From Trichinella spiralis (taxonomy: Eukaryota), in the NCBI RefSeq assembly GCF_000181795.1, contig NW_003526944.1:4133754-4197753 (forward strand): a stretch of DNA of 64,000 nt, given 5' to 3'. This document shows positions 1 to 13,602 of the stretch, in pieces. Below the pieces are notes generated by a model that saw nothing but the letters and a program-made list of their open reading frames with translations, was not told the origin of the DNA and did no database searches. How positions within the stretch are numbered: position 1 is the stretch's first letter; the number at the start of each line of letters is the position of its first letter. A program made the position numbers and the translations under genes.

Positions 1-382
1 AAAAATCCAAATAAAATATACAGTTAAGGAACCAATAAAGGTATAAAAAAAATAAAAGTTTTAAATGAATGGGTTTTTAAAAAATAAAAAATGAAAAAGA
101 ATCTGCTTTGGAAAAGGATTTAAAAACAAAACTAAATGTAAAATATAAAAAAGAAAAACAAAAATTATAAAATAAAATCAAAAATTATTTCGACACGTGA
201 AAGCAGTTGCATACATAAATTTTGCTGCGTGAAAGACCAAGTACTGCATTAATTCAAAACTCAGCCATGTAGGTTGGTCGTTAACTTAATTACAACTATG
301 GGATAACTTCGCCCTTTCGAAGTATCCCAATCCCAGACCTACAGAATTGGGGTCCCAGGAACTTTGTCTTCTCTTGCTCTGC

Positions 383-480
383 TTCGTGTGGTCCTCGATC
401 TGCTTCGTGTGGTCCTCGATCTGCCTCGTGTCGTCCTCGATCCGCTTCGTGTCGTCCTCGATCTGCCTCGTGTGGTCCGC
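383..480 (-). repeat. 21-bp minisatellite (GACACGAAGCAGATCGAGGAC-type), about 4-5 units, inside an inverted copy (about 180-520) of 15770-16120
   Basis: Tandem units ctgcttcgtgtggtcctcgat are visible directly. The flanks are reverse-complement identical to 15930-16097. Confidence 0.85.
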
Positions 481-699
481 GTTTTCACTTTTTCTTCACA
501 TCTGTAAAAATGATAAACATTAAATTATCAATATTGTCGCTTTATTACATATAAAAATTCAGAATTTGAAAACTGAATTTTAAAAGCGATGATGTTTCTC
601 AATTTCTATGAAAGATACCTTTAACAAAATTAGCATACCACGTTTTGAAAAAATGTAGCAGCCAGAAAAATTGAAAGCTACTGAGCAACGAAAATCTAA

Positions 700-870
700 T
701 TTCAGTAGATGCTGAACGCTGTAATAAACTCAGAGAACGTTTAACGACGATACTGCTTGCCACGTAGGTCAAGCAAACAAGCGCACTATTATTGATGATA
801 AGGCAATTTTCAAACGACCCTTATTTGCATAAAGCTACGCTAGAAACTACCGTTTCGGTGCATTGGAAAA
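700..870 (-). repeat. Module A copy (ATGCAAAT-containing promoter/first-exon-like repeat)
   Basis: The reverse complement aligns with 6010-6215, 7085-7290 and 14825-15030 (ttatgcaaat...gccttatcatca...cttgtttg...tacgtggcaag...aacgttctctg). Confidence 0.75.
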
Positions 871-1094
871 ACTTATCGTTGATGAATTCTAAGCTAACTC
901 TGGCGTAATCGAAATTATAAACATTCATGTACAGAAAAACATTAATATAGTCGATGGGCAGTGTTAAATTACATTTATTTCAACTGATTTGAAAAAAAGA
1001 GCTTAAATTCATCTAATGTGGACTATTTTGAAATTTAGAATTGAAAAAATAAATACAACTTACTGAAATAAATGCCATCACAGCTTTCATGTAA

Positions 1095-2035
1095 ATCATG
1101 TATTGAGACGCAGATGATTTAATTTGAAGAAATAAAACCATAAAAACAAAAAACAAAGCCACTTTCATTGTTATTCCATGATCTCCATCACAAGGAAAAA
1201 GTCATTGCGCACTCGCACCGCACACCGTACGCCAACAATCACTGAAACTAAGGTCACGTCAACCTACGTATAGCAGTGGAATAAAAATTTGCATACATTT
1301 TCTGATAAACAAGTCCTACTGTGGCGACTTTGAAGTACGTTGAGCAAACAAAAATTTTCACGACTTTTAATCGAAAATCACACCAAAATGATTATATGAT
1401 CTGCCACTTTACAAAAATACTTATTACGTTCTTCTTGACTATGAGATACCATTGAATTGCTCAAAAAAGCAAATTACACGAAGTTTTTTGCATGTATTAA
1501 AAGTTCAGGCTAGTGGTGAGCAATGGCTGCAAAGTAAACAAACGTCGACTTGTTTACCAGAATTTTCATGCAAATTTTTGACCGTGTTGGTTTGCTTTGC
1601 AACTGTGGCTCACCACTAGCCTGAATAGCAAATATATCTATAAAATTTTGTTTAAATTGCTTTTTTGCCACTTTAGTGGTATCTGGTAGTCGCAAAGAAC
1701 ATAATAATTATTATTGTAAAGTTCTAACTCATATAATCATTTTGATCTGATTTTAGATTAAAAGTGATGAAAATTTTCGTTTGCTTAATGTACTGCAAGG
1801 TAGCTGGAGTAGAACTTGTTTACCAGAAAATGTATGCAAATTTTTACTCCATTGCTATACGTAGGCTAACGTGGCTTTTGTTTCGATAGTTCGATGTGAC
1901 GTACGGTGTGCGGTGCGTGTGTTGGCGTTCTCCATACGATGACGGGCGAAGAATATCATTAAAAATGGCTTTGTTTTTTATTTAGTATAACATTACTTCA
2001 TTGAATTAAATCTTCTACATTTAGATACACAAGAA
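1095..2035. repeat. ~940-bp imperfect palindrome (foldback) centred near 1565
   Basis: Perfect 18-bp inverted repeats at 1504-1521/1608-1625 and 1214-1231/1900-1917, plus weaker arms at about 1155/1972 and 1098/2033, all share one centre. Confidence 0.85.
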
Positions 2036-2674
2036 TAGAAGATGGATGTGAACGGTGGAGGTACGTTGATAAATTTGGCAAGTCTATTTTGTTTGCTTCC
2101 AGCCATCATGACTGAATTGTAATTGTTTTATTCATTTTGGAAATTGAATAAATTAAATGAAATTAATGTAATTAATGAATTTGAATTAGTAATAGTAATG
2201 AAATTAATGTTTGCTGTAAATTAATATTATGCATAACATGGAGTGTAATCAAACAAATAAAAAGTGTAAGGGTGACCTATAAAACTATGAAATAGTTTTA
2301 GTAAGAAACGCATTTATTCATTTTCATCTTGCATATTTCATATTGCTATGTAAATGTCATCTAATATTGAGAGGAAAAAACTTTTACTATGGGCTGATTT
2401 TCCCTTGTAGAATTTTTTCCCAATTTTAAATAGTACATTAGTCAGCATTCAATTTTTTAAAACATTTCGATGTTTTAGTTTTTTCTTTGCATTCTATTTT
2501 CATAAAAAGTTTTATGATATTAATCATTTCAAACATAAAAGACAGGAATTGTAAAATATGTAAATTGTAATTATTTTAAAAAATTGTCAACAAATAGATA
2601 GAAAATAAAAAGTAAATGAGAATAAGAAATTGTACTCTTAATTATAAAATATCAATAATATTCTATTCAACTTT

Positions 2675-2705
2675 CGCTTGTTCGTATTCCACTTTTGGTT
2701 GATGT
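2675..2705 (+). pseudogene. 5'-truncated copy of the GGCAGTGG small-RNA family
   Basis: Retains cgcttgttcgtattccac...ggttgat and an upstream TATAAA at 2643, but lacks GGCAGTGG. Confidence 0.45.
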
Positions 2706-3014
2706 ACCGATTCCAGTACTTATCTGACGACTGGATGGCAAATTTGTTATTTAAAATCTAGAAAGAGCAGTGGACACTAAACTTTTAAACTTTTCACAAA
2801 AACTTCGTACAGAAAATAGCAGAAATCTTGTATGTTAATTTAAAAAATTAAATATTTCCGTGCTGCATGTAAATTTAGATATTTATTGTAAATTTTTTGC
2901 TAAATATTTCCTTTTTAAATGTTGTATTCAAACGCGTTGATTAAAAGTAAACGATAAACAGCGATAATATTGTTTAAACGTTGTTATAAATATAATTATT
3001 GTTTAATAATAATT

Positions 3015-3182
3015 GGCAGTGGAAACGTCCGCTTGTTCGTATTCCATTGGTGGTTGATTTGCCGGTTTGTGCACTCTTACAAAGTGAACAATACAATGGG
3101 CAGCGTCGTGAGACGGAAAATGGCTGCTATGCCATGTGACGTTGATGCATTGTTCAATGTAACGTCATTAAATGACACTTTT
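3015..3182 (+). ncRNA. Putative TATA-driven small RNA, GGCAGTGG family copy 1
   Basis: TATAAA at 2985 (-30), conserved 5' hairpin, cgtc-GTGA-gacg GNRA hairpin, tgacgtt/aacgtca hairpin, and TTTT at 3179-3182. Confidence 0.5.
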
Positions 3183-3430
3183 ACAACATATCAATTAGGC
3201 TTAATTCAGAGCAGCAAATACCACAGACAATAATTAAATGTGATATTTTTATTTTTGTGTCGCGTGTGAATTTCAATTCTGATTTTGATTATGAAATTAA
3301 CATTTTGATAAATATTTATGTTTTGAAGATGTTTAATTCAAAGAAATGAATTAAAAATGAAAAATAAATGGCAATTATAATTATAATGTTTAATTGTTAT
3401 TATAAATATAATTATTATTTCATAATAATT

Positions 3431-3539
3431 GGCAGTGGAAACGTCCGCTTGTTCGTATTCCACTAGTGGTAGATCAAAGCGTTTGGTTTCGTATGATAAT
3501 CAGATAAAAAATAAAAAAGTATTATATTCAGAAGTTTTT
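3431..3539 (+). ncRNA. GGCAGTGG family copy 2 (possibly 3'-truncated)
   Basis: TATAAA at 3401 (-30) and a near-identical 5' hairpin. The body diverges after about 40 nt. Confidence 0.4.
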
Positions 3540-3588
3540 ATCTTGTTTATTTATTGTTATTTTCTTATTTTCAGTTTTTTCTTTAAGT

Positions 3589-4303
3589 CAGTGGTTCTTG
3601 AAGTGTGAGTTGCCACCCACCAGTGGGTCGTGAACAGTTTTTGGGTGGGTCGCATGAAATATTAAAATACGGGAGTAGTCTTCATTTTTGTCAGGAGAGT
3701 TTTACTCATCGAAAATTGCTGGGTGAAAAACTAAGCTATGATTCATTTACTGATAACTTGAAAATCACTATTTCTATCCGGCTTCTCACAGCACGCAGAT
3801 GTTGTCCGTACCGGCATATCCACAAAAGCAGATGGAGAATTAATCGATTTGTCTGAAGATTCTTCGTTTAAATTCAGCTTTGATCGTAAAACAACACACT
3901 TTTAGCAATCAGTTTAAAGCACATATCCAACTCTTTCCACCGCAGCATTAAAAGTATGAAATTGGATTTTCAGCAATGAATGGAATTAAAAGCAAATTTA
4001 GAAATAAGCCATAATTATCCTACATATTGCAACTCAAGCTAATGCATGTTAGTGTGGACGTCGAAGAAATCATCAGTCAAAGCAGAAAACGTGCCTACTG
4101 TTCGCATACACATCATTATGCATTTGACAAATAAATTTATACATTATAATTAGGCGTATTCATTTAAAAATTTAAAGTATTAAACTAATATTTTTTTATT
4201 TAACCCCTCTTGCCTTTTAAAATATGTATTGGAAGCTGGTGGGTCGCGAAAAATTGCGGTTTTCGAAAGTGGTTCGCAGCCCAGAAAAGTTTGACAACCA
4301 TTG
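3589..4303 (+). mobile_element. Internally deleted hAT (Buster/Charlie-like) DNA transposon
   Basis: Terminal inverted repeats CAGTGGTTCTTGAAGT and AAGTTTGACAACCATTG. Flanking 8-mers ctttaagt and cattaagt (1 mismatch, central TA). Subterminal gtgggtcg motifs at both ends. Remnant peptides YPTLSTAALKV and EIGFSAMNGIKSKFRNK resemble the hAT C-terminal dimerisation domain. Confidence 0.85.
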
Positions 4304-6009
4304 CATTAAGTAACTCATATTAGCAACATGTTCATTTAATATTCATTATGTTCTCATTCTCATTCGTTATCATGTTTTATACTGTGTGTGCATGTGGTTT
4401 ATTGCATAAATAATATTGCTTATCTGATGGTGAATAACTTCAAAATAAGCAGAAAACAAAAATAGCATTCTACTGTAGACGGAATATTTGATGTCAAAGA
4501 GATTTCTGTAGAATACAGTAAGAAAAAATAGCACTGAGAGTGAAGAAGAGAAAATATAAAATTGTTTAGAATTCATTTAAATTTTCCCGAATGATGTTTA
4601 AGCAAATTAAAAATAAATAAGTTACTTGTGTTTCATTGTAATCCAAGTCACTTTTCTGATCACTGTTTTGAACATTGTCAAAAATGTGAAAAATGGACAA
4701 CTTGAAAATCATAAACATTGAGCAGATGCGAAGAAATTACAAAGGGCGTAATGCGACGTTTCAAATCCTCAACAGTTCTACATAGTAGTGGAGGTTATTC
4801 AAATTTTCTCTCTGAGAAACTGCAGGTAGGCCATAGACGACAGTTCTAGAAAGTAATAGACGAGGAATATGATTTTATTCAATATCCACAAAATGTCGCT
4901 TTGGTTGCACATAATTGAAAAATATTTGTGCGTTAATGCATTCCATAATCACAGAACCTGTTAATAATGAATATATTGTTATGTTTATGCTAAGTGTTTC
5001 TTATTTTTACGATTCAGTTGACTTTATATTCGTAATTTAATGAGATAATTATTTCATTGTTGGAGTATGTTAATGTTATAATTATAGAAGACTTTTTTTA
5101 ACATTTATAACATAATTATTTTATAGAACACAGAATCGCACCCATAGATAGGAAAAGAAGCAGCTGAAATATGGAAAAAAGAAAAATGACTATAAAATTA
5201 AGTTAAATTATATTTGAAAAATAAGATCATAGAAATATAATTAATAATTGAAAATGTCATAATATACAGTATGTGAATTGCCAAATCACCGATAAGAAGC
5301 TTGAGGAATAATAGGCCAATCAGAGAAAGGTAAACGTTGTATCCATAGTTATTATTTTATTTCGATGATGTGCAATTAGCGGTGGCGATGCGTAACTAAA
5401 CTACAAGTGAAGAAACCCTATTCAGGTAAAAATTTAATATAGAAACTTATTTTTCTGATGTTTTTCTCTGATGTGATCTTCTCTGATCTTCTGATATTTT
5501 AAAACAAAATTCTCAGTTTTGTACAGTTAGTGTAGTTGTTTGAAAAATTTATATTTTTACTTGTTATTTTGCGAATAAGTGTAAATTTAACAGAAGAATA
5601 GGGTAAACAAATCGAATAATACTAAGCACACAGTATTCACTAATATGCAGATGGGAGAAATATCACATTTCATGCAGAGAGATTATTATCACTTTGTGTT
5701 GTTATTTTATAAATTTTACATCATCAGAGAGATTAGGCAAATTACATTTTTTGTGTGGTTAAATTTGCTTTTGAGCGCAGGAAACCAGTGTGCTTATATT
5801 TTGGTGTAAAGCTGTTTGGGATAAGTTCCATTTATGTAGGTCATTTCTGAATTTTAAAATAGTCCTCTTCATTTGCTGAATTTAATATGGCATCTGAACA
5901 ATTTTTTCAAATCACTGGAAATATGTTTCACGTAAGCCTTCTCGATTAGTGTAATTTCTATTATTTCTGTTACGTGAGCCTCAGATTCGAATTCATCATC
6001 GAGACTAAT

Positions 6010-6215
6010 TTCTAATGCACTGAAAACCGGTTTCTAACGCTGCACTATGCAAATATCGATCGCCATAAATGATGCCTTATCATCAGTATGGGTGCGCTTG
6101 TTTGTTTTACTTACGTGGCAAGTGGTAGCGTTGTTTAACGTTCTCTGACTTCATTACAGCGTTAAGTAGCTGCTGAAGTCCCTTTCAGAATTACTGACAA
6201 GTATTCCACTTTTTC
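6010..6215 (+). repeat. Module A copy
   Basis: ATGCAAAT at 6048, shared block ending in gtattccacttttt. Confidence 0.75.
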
Positions 6216-7084
6216 TGATTGTTATTTTTTTAAAAACTTTGTATACTCATTTTATAAGCAATTACTTTTTAATTAGAATGCAGTTAATTATTATATTTGT
6301 GTTGACTCTACATTGTGATAATGTGAGAACAGTTTTGATTTAATATCATTATTGCAGGTATAAAAAACTGAGCAAAGAAAAAGTGAAAGCGCGGACGACA
6401 CGAAGCAGAACAAAAGAAGACAAGAGGTAAATGCGATTTCTTCTGTTTGCTGATTCTGTGAAGCAGGGGATAAAGATACTTCGAAAGGGTGAAGTTATTC
6501 CGTAGTTCAATTGAATTACCCAAGTTTGTAATATGTAATATATGAGTAAGATATTTTTCACTGTTAAACTATAATTTTTGTTTTAAGGATTAAGATTAGG
6601 TAAGACTTCACATTTAGGAAGATTGAAAGTTTATTAAATTTATCATCAATTTATATTATTTTTGCAAATTTCGCATCATCAGAGACATTTGGTAAATTAC
6701 ATTTTTTGTTTGACTAACTTTGTTTGTCAGCGAACGCATCCAGTGTGCTTATATTTTAGTGAAAAGATTTTGCGATGAGTTCCATTTATGGAGGTCATTT
6801 TTGAATTTTCAAATGTCAAATTCAGACGTGCGGACGCGTGTTATGACAGAGTTAATTTTGTTTTGTTATGGGGTTCTTTCCTATAGTTTACATTTTGGCT
6901 GAATTTTAAATGTCAAGGTCATTTCTGAATTTTTACATAGTCTTCACTGGGTAACTTTTTCAAATAAATTGAAATAAGTTTCATCTAATGCTATGCATTC
7001 GCTAGATCAGCAGTTCGCTGTGCAAGAGGTTTCAATGTCTCTAATTACATGGCGTTAGGTTAGAATAGATTCCGCGTCGAGAAA

Positions 7085-7290
7085 ATTTTCCAATCAACTC
7101 AATCCGGTTTCTAGCGCAGCTTTATGCAAATAAGGGTCGTTTGAAAATTGCCTTATCATCAATCAGTAATGGTGCACTTGTTTGGTTTACGTGGCAAGTA
7201 GCAGCATCGTCAAACGTTCTCTGTTTCTATTTTGGCGTTAGTAACTACTGAAGTCCTTTTTAATTGTTGAAAGTATTCCATTTTTTTCGT
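7085..7290 (+). repeat. Module A copy
   Basis: Aligns to 6010-6215 and to 700-870 (-). Confidence 0.75.
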
Positions 7291-9591
7291 TCTTTTACTT
7301 GTTTTCAAAATTCTCTATATATAATCATTTAGCTAACGATATCTTTCATTGAAAATCAGTTACTTCTTTTTTCAAAATTCTTTGTTCAATTTCTCACTTT
7401 CACTACGTGATAAAGCGAAAAAATTATTGATTTAACCTTCAGCATGCTTACAGATATGGTCAATGAAGAATGAAAAAATGAAAACGTGGACCACACGAGG
7501 CAGATCGAGGACGACACGAAGCAGACCGTCAGCAGCGAAGTGATGAAGCTCAAAGAAAATACCACTCTTCGCTGAGGCGGCAGCGTTGTCACTCTCTACT
7601 CAACAGAGCAGACTTACAACCTTTCCATCACTACACAACAGCATGCCTGCCAGTCAGTTGAAGTTGCAGATGATGTATGTCTAAACGATTGGAATCGTTG
7701 TTCAAAAAGTCCAATAACGAGGCAGAAATTTACAACGTCAGCTGTCCAAGAAGTGAGAAGCACATCCGCTTCGTTGCTTGCTTCGTTTCTATGCTATGAT
7801 GCTTAATGTTGCATTTGGAATTTCAAAGAAAATCTACCAACCAATTAACCAACCACCCAATCAGCCAATGACGTCGATTCAGCTTAGTGCACTTTTTGAT
7901 TTGTCCACTGCGAAACTCGCGAAAAAATTTCCACCACCTCTCAGCATACAAACATTCTTTCTTTCAACATTAAATAAAACCTTATATTAGTTCATTTTTT
8001 ATTGTGTAAATTTCGACTTATGTCATTGGTATTTTGTTAAAATTATTCACTATTAATTTATGCTAATATGGTTTTTTATTCAGCTAATAAAACAAAAATA
8101 AATAAATTATGAATTATACCAATATTGATGAACCGAGACACGCTAATATTGCACAAATAGCTTTTCAACGATTTCCAAATATTCTTCACGCAAATTTCTA
8201 CTTGATCGGTTGATGGTAATTTTTCTTCTCCACCAAAATTTGCCCGTTCGTCCTCCTCCAAATCTTTTCTTTCTGCACCAGTTTCCAAATGGAACCGTGT
8301 ATATATTTCTTTGAACCTTTTTTTCATTTTTATCCCCTCCTATACTGTGTTTCTTCGCGCGAATCAAATACGCCATGGCTTCTGTCTTTCATTACCAATA
8401 GAAATGAACAACATAAAAATTTGCATACGAATTCAGTGTTGCTCAGAGTTTGATTTAAAATAATTTTAGGCTGATGGTGTACACATAGAGCAGAATTGAA
8501 TGTTGAATACAAACAAATTTATCTGTAAATGATGAAAAGTTGGCAATTTCTTTGTAAGGTAGATTTTCTTATTGATACTGATGAAATTGATTGAAATTAT
8601 TGACGAAAATAGATATTGAGAATGTTCATGTTTAACAACAGTTTGTTAAAGTGTTTAGATTTTATAGTATTTAAACATATTATGAACGAATTATTATTAA
8701 GAAGTGAAATACATAATTATGAAAATGAGCTTCTGCCTGAAGTTGAAATTTTCATATCCCATATTTTGTTCAGATGCTATGAGAATTTATTATTCAGAAG
8801 CAATTTGAATTCAGCGTTGAATATGAACCTTTTGCGCACACCATGCAAATCAGCGTTGTTTAAAAATCGTTTCTTGGGTAACACTTTTTGTTTATTCAAC
8901 ATATAACCGGTCCAACTGTGTTATATTTTATTGATTTTTTGAAGAACAAAATCGCGTAATATTTTTTCCAACGATCATGACTAAATTGTAATTTTTTTTT
9001 TCATTTCGATAATTGAATAAATTCAGTTTAATGAAATTCAATTATTGTAAGTTAATATTATCGATGACATGGAGTGTAGTGATATAAATTAAAAGTATAA
9101 AGATGATTTATAAAACTATGGAACCTTTTTTTGTATGAAATGCATTTATTCATTTTCATTTTGCATATTTTATAACACGATGTGAACAATGTCATGTAAT
9201 ATTGAGAGAAAATAATTTTCACTATTGGCTGATTTTCGCTGATGGAATTTTCTCCCAAATTTTATACAATACTTTAATTATAACTGAAATGAATTACAGC
9301 AATAATAATATTAGTCAGCAACACGTATGTAAATTTTTTACAAACATTTCGATATTTTAGTTTTTATATTTTCACTCTGTTGTTCATAAAAAGCCTTATC
9401 AAAAGCAAAACTGTGTTTTTGTGATAATAATAATTTCAAATATGAAAGAAAGGAATTGTAATATATCTAAATAGTAATTATTTAAATAAAAATATAAAAT
9501 TCTAAACAAATAGATTTGAAATAGAATATTAATTGGTAATAATAATTTGCATAGTATTAATTATAAATATAAAAAATATTTTATTGGAATC

Positions 9592-9838
9592 GGCAGTGGA
9601 GACGTCCGCATGTTCGTATTCCACTGATGGTTGTTGTGTTGGTTTGAGTATCGCCAGTGCTTATGGTTGCTATTATTGTAGTCTAAAAATAGCAATGAGC
9701 CGGAAGGCGATCAGCGTCATGGCTCGCAAATTGCCATGGATAGACGCTGAAAACTGTCTTATTCTCGAATGTTTCAGATAAATTTCATACAGATGATTGC
9801 AAAAATCATATATTTAAATAATGAAATGAAATAATTTT
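9592..9838 (+). ncRNA. GGCAGTGG family copy 3
   Basis: TATAAA at 9562 (-30), 5' hairpin, body hairpins ttgctatt/aatagcaa, atcgcc/ggcgat and cagcgtc/gacgctg. The 3' end is set at the first T4 run and is uncertain. Confidence 0.45.
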
Positions 9839-10011
9839 ATTTTCATGCTGTACGTAAATTTAAATTTTCATTGTGCAATGAATTTTTTTAACATGGTGTT
9901 TCTTTTTTAAAGATCTTGTATTTGAGCAAATTTATTAAAAGTAAAAAATAAATGTCGCGAATAATATTCATTTTGCCTAATTATGAATATGAAAATTATT
10001 TCATCCCAAAT

Positions 10012-10129
10012 GGCAGTCGAAATATACGCTTGTTGGTATTTCACTGGTCTTTGATTTGCTGGTTTGTGCATAATTGGTAGGTAGATATGCAGCTTTGTAA
10101 TCAGATGGATCCGCTGCTGTTGTTTTTTT
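10012..10129 (+). ncRNA. GGCAGTGG family copy 4 (diverged)
   Basis: TATGAA at 9982 (-30), ggcagtcgaaat...gtatttcactg, tgatttgctggtttgtgc, and T7 at 10123-10129. Confidence 0.4.
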
Positions 10130-10328
10130 GTACAGTTATTTGATCTGCAAGTTTTTGCACAATTACAAAGTGAACATATTATCCGGCAACCAGTAGCCAA
10201 TCTGCAAGCAGTACAGAATTGTCAGATTACTGTATATGGAGCGTATGTATTAAAAATGAAAAATAAATGGCCATAATAAAATAATATTTGGGGTTTATTA
10301 TAAATAGAATGATTATTTCATAATCGTT

Positions 10329-10503
10329 GGCAGTGGTAACGTCCGCTTGTTCGTATTCCACTGTAGGTTGATTTGTTGGATTGTGCTCTCTTGTAATGAG
10401 GAACGTTTGCGCATTATCCATGCTAGATAATCAAAAGGGCTGGTTTGCAATATGAGGCCCAGGATACTGCAAAGTTAAAAATGATATGTATCTATCACCT
10501 TTT
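10329..10503 (+). ncRNA. GGCAGTGG family copy 5
   Basis: TATAAA at 10299 (-30), 5' hairpin, gggct/ggccc hairpin, and TTTT at 10500-10503. Confidence 0.5.
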
Positions 10504-11120
10504 AACAGCATCTCAAATGTACAATACAGAACAGCAAATATCATAAGTTAATAATAAAATGCAATCGTTTTATTTTCATGAAGCATTCGAATTTAAATTA
10601 TGCTTTTGATTCAGAAATTCATTTTTTGGCAAATGTTTCTTTTTTCAGAAATATTCTTTACTTCATTTGATTGTATTTCTTTTGCTTCAGTGTACGATGA
10701 AAACGATCGTCCATGAATTGAAAGAATCCAAATAATTTCGTTCCGGATTTGTTGAAATTGCAAAAATACTCATCATCCACTGTTTTCACTTATTTTATCT
10801 ATATCTCGTCTACTTTGTTACATTGCTATTTTCAAATTTGCATATGTTGTGTGGCATTTTCATTTATAGTTGTGCATATAAATCAGGTTTGAACAGCAGA
10901 TGTTACAACTGCTGGCAGCATTTTAGAAGCTTTGAAATGCTCAAATCAGGCAGTTTCCGTCTCCCGTTTTTATTTCGATTAGAAAATTCATTTTTTGATA
11001 AATATTTCTCTTTTGAATTAGTTGTATTCAAACATATGCATTAAAAATAAAAAATAAATGGCCATAATAAAATAATGTTTACTTTTTATTATAAATAGAA
11101 AAATTACTTATATAATGATT

Positions 11121-11294
11121 GGCAGTGGTAACGGCCGCTGGTTCGTATTCCACTGTAGGTTGATTTGCTGGATTGTGCTCTCTTGCAATAAGAGAATAAA
11201 GAATTTCGGAGTCCACATCATCAAGGGCTTGTCTGCTATATGAGGCCCTAAATGCTGGAAATCGAAATACTGAGTTTAGCCCGTTTCTTTTTTT
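11121..11294 (+). ncRNA. GGCAGTGG family copy 6
   Basis: TATAAA at 11090 (-31), 5' hairpin, ctctt/aagag and gggctt/aggccc hairpins, and T7 at 11288-11294. Confidence 0.5.
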
Positions 11295-13602
11295 CAGCAT
11301 CATAAATGTACAATACAGAACAACAAATATCATAAGTTAATAATAAAATGCGATCGTTTTATTTTCACGAAGCATTCGAATTTAAATTATGCTTTTGAGT
11401 GTAAAATTCATTTTTTTAAAATATTTGTTTTTTTAAAATATTTTTTACTTCTTTTGATTGTTGTTTTTTTGTTTCAGTGTTACAATCATTCATAAATTGA
11501 AAGAATCTGTAAGAATCACAGTATTAAATTGTTCAAAATTATAGAATATTCAACATCCATTGTTTTGACTCATTTCTTTTTTACATCATCCACTTTATTA
11601 CGTTGTGTGGTATTATTCATCAATTGCAAACTTTGCGAAACTTTACAACAATAATTATTACATTATTCCTGAACAATAAATTTCATTGAATTGCTCGAAA
11701 AAGTCATATTAGATGAAGTTTTGTATATATATTAAAAATTCACGCTAGTGGTGAGCTACAGCTGCAAAGTGAACAAACGTCAACTTGTTTACCAGAATTT
11801 TCATGCAAATTTTTGATCGTGGACTGGACGTAAATTTTCTGGTAAACAAGTCCTACTGTGGCTCCTCTGCAGTACGCTGTGTAAACAAATACTTTTACGA
11901 CTTTCAGTATAAAACCCCACCGAAAAGTTCATATAAGTTGAAAATTTACAATATTAAATATTTTGTTCTTCTCGACTGGAGAAAACCATTGAATTCCTCA
12001 AGAAAAGCAATTCAAACGAAGTATTTTTTTTATAGATGCAATTATATCATCATTTTTCATCAAATCTTTTGATTATATCATCATTATCATCAAAAAACTG
12101 TTCATTTATATGCAGTTGAAGGTTGAAATTATTAATATTTTAACTTTTTTATTTTGCGCAGTTATCCTGGTAGTGTAACAGTAGAATTAGCTCAGTTTTT
12201 CAATTTACACTTTACATTTGCACATGGCGTTGAATTTCCATGTAAATTCAACTGATATAATATCACTAAGCGCCAATTTATTTCTGTTATTCATGTAAGA
12301 AAAATTATTGTTTTCCATACGATAAATTATTTAACATGATTATCATTTTATATTAATTTTACATTGTACATCATAAAAGAGTTTTTCTCTGGATAATTTT
12401 GTTTGTCAGAATGCGCAGCCATATACTTTTTATGTTTTTGCAATAAGTCTTATTTATGTAGGTCATTTTTGAATTTTCAAATCCCAAGTTAAGACATGCG
12501 GAGGCGTGTTTTGTCTAAGACAATGTTTATGTTATGGCGTATTTTTGTCAGATAGTTTATATTTTGACGTATAATTTGTCATTCTATTTGTCCTGTTTCC
12601 TCAAAGCATCATTATTTCTGGTTTTTTGCTAGTCAGCTTATAATATTAAATGAGCATGCATTTTATTTCTTATATTTATATTATTTCTAGTATTTAGAAT
12701 ATGCGTGATAATAAAGATCAAATGAGAGTTTCTGTAATAAGAAGTGTTTCTATATTTGGCAAAGCTACAATTAAATTTTCTTTTCAAACAGAATGCATTA
12801 GTTAAGTAAATAAACGCAATGAAACATATGCACTAGCCTTATTTATCAGCAGAAATGAATAAAATAAAAATTTGCATGCGAGGTCGTTCGCCTTATTGAC
12901 TTATTGGAAATAATTTTAGTTTGGGGCCGTCCGTGGATAGACGCACTGCGTTTGGATTGGAAAATTAACTGAAGACCAATATCAAATGCCAAACATTAGA
13001 TTTGATTTTTATTCATTACTGTTTTTTGGAATAATTTTTGAAAAATAATATTTCAATGAACATCCTAACAGTATGAACATCAACAATGAGAAGACGATGC
13101 ATTTTGCCGTAAGTGGCAGTTTTTCATTTTTAAGTTGTAATCAATTAGCAGTGCAATTTAGAATCGATATTGAGCATAATTTCTCAATATATTCAATATG
13201 AAGAATTTTCAACATGAGATGATAAGTGACTTAACAAACGCCAAATTTCCGTACAATTAAGTGTGATTAAATACATCCTCTACGCATTGTTTATCTGTTC
13301 TTAAAATATGGCCTTTCGAAAATTACCTTTGCAGTAGCTAACATGCACTTTCAATTGACCATAAGCAAGCTTTTGCTCGCAAATTTTTCACTTGAAATTA
13401 GATTCATTTGAGCTACTTGGTTTTCTGACTTTAGAAAATTTTCAGACATGCATAAGTGTGTTTTGTCTAAGTCAATTTTGTTTTGTTATGGCGTTTTTTG
13501 TTACATAGTTTATATTTTGACTGAATTGTACATGTCAAGGTCATCCCTGAATTTTCAAATACTACTTTCCTTATTGGTGAAATTTAACAATGNNNNNNNN
13601 NN

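Noticed and set aside
3014..3036. miR-34-like seed (TGGCAGTG) in the repeated heads
   Set aside because: The hairpin is only about 35 nt, too short for a canonical pre-miRNA.
6180..6489. CCCTTTCAGAAT complementary to both twin-hairpin loops
   Set aside because: The complementarity is not preserved in the paralogous copies.
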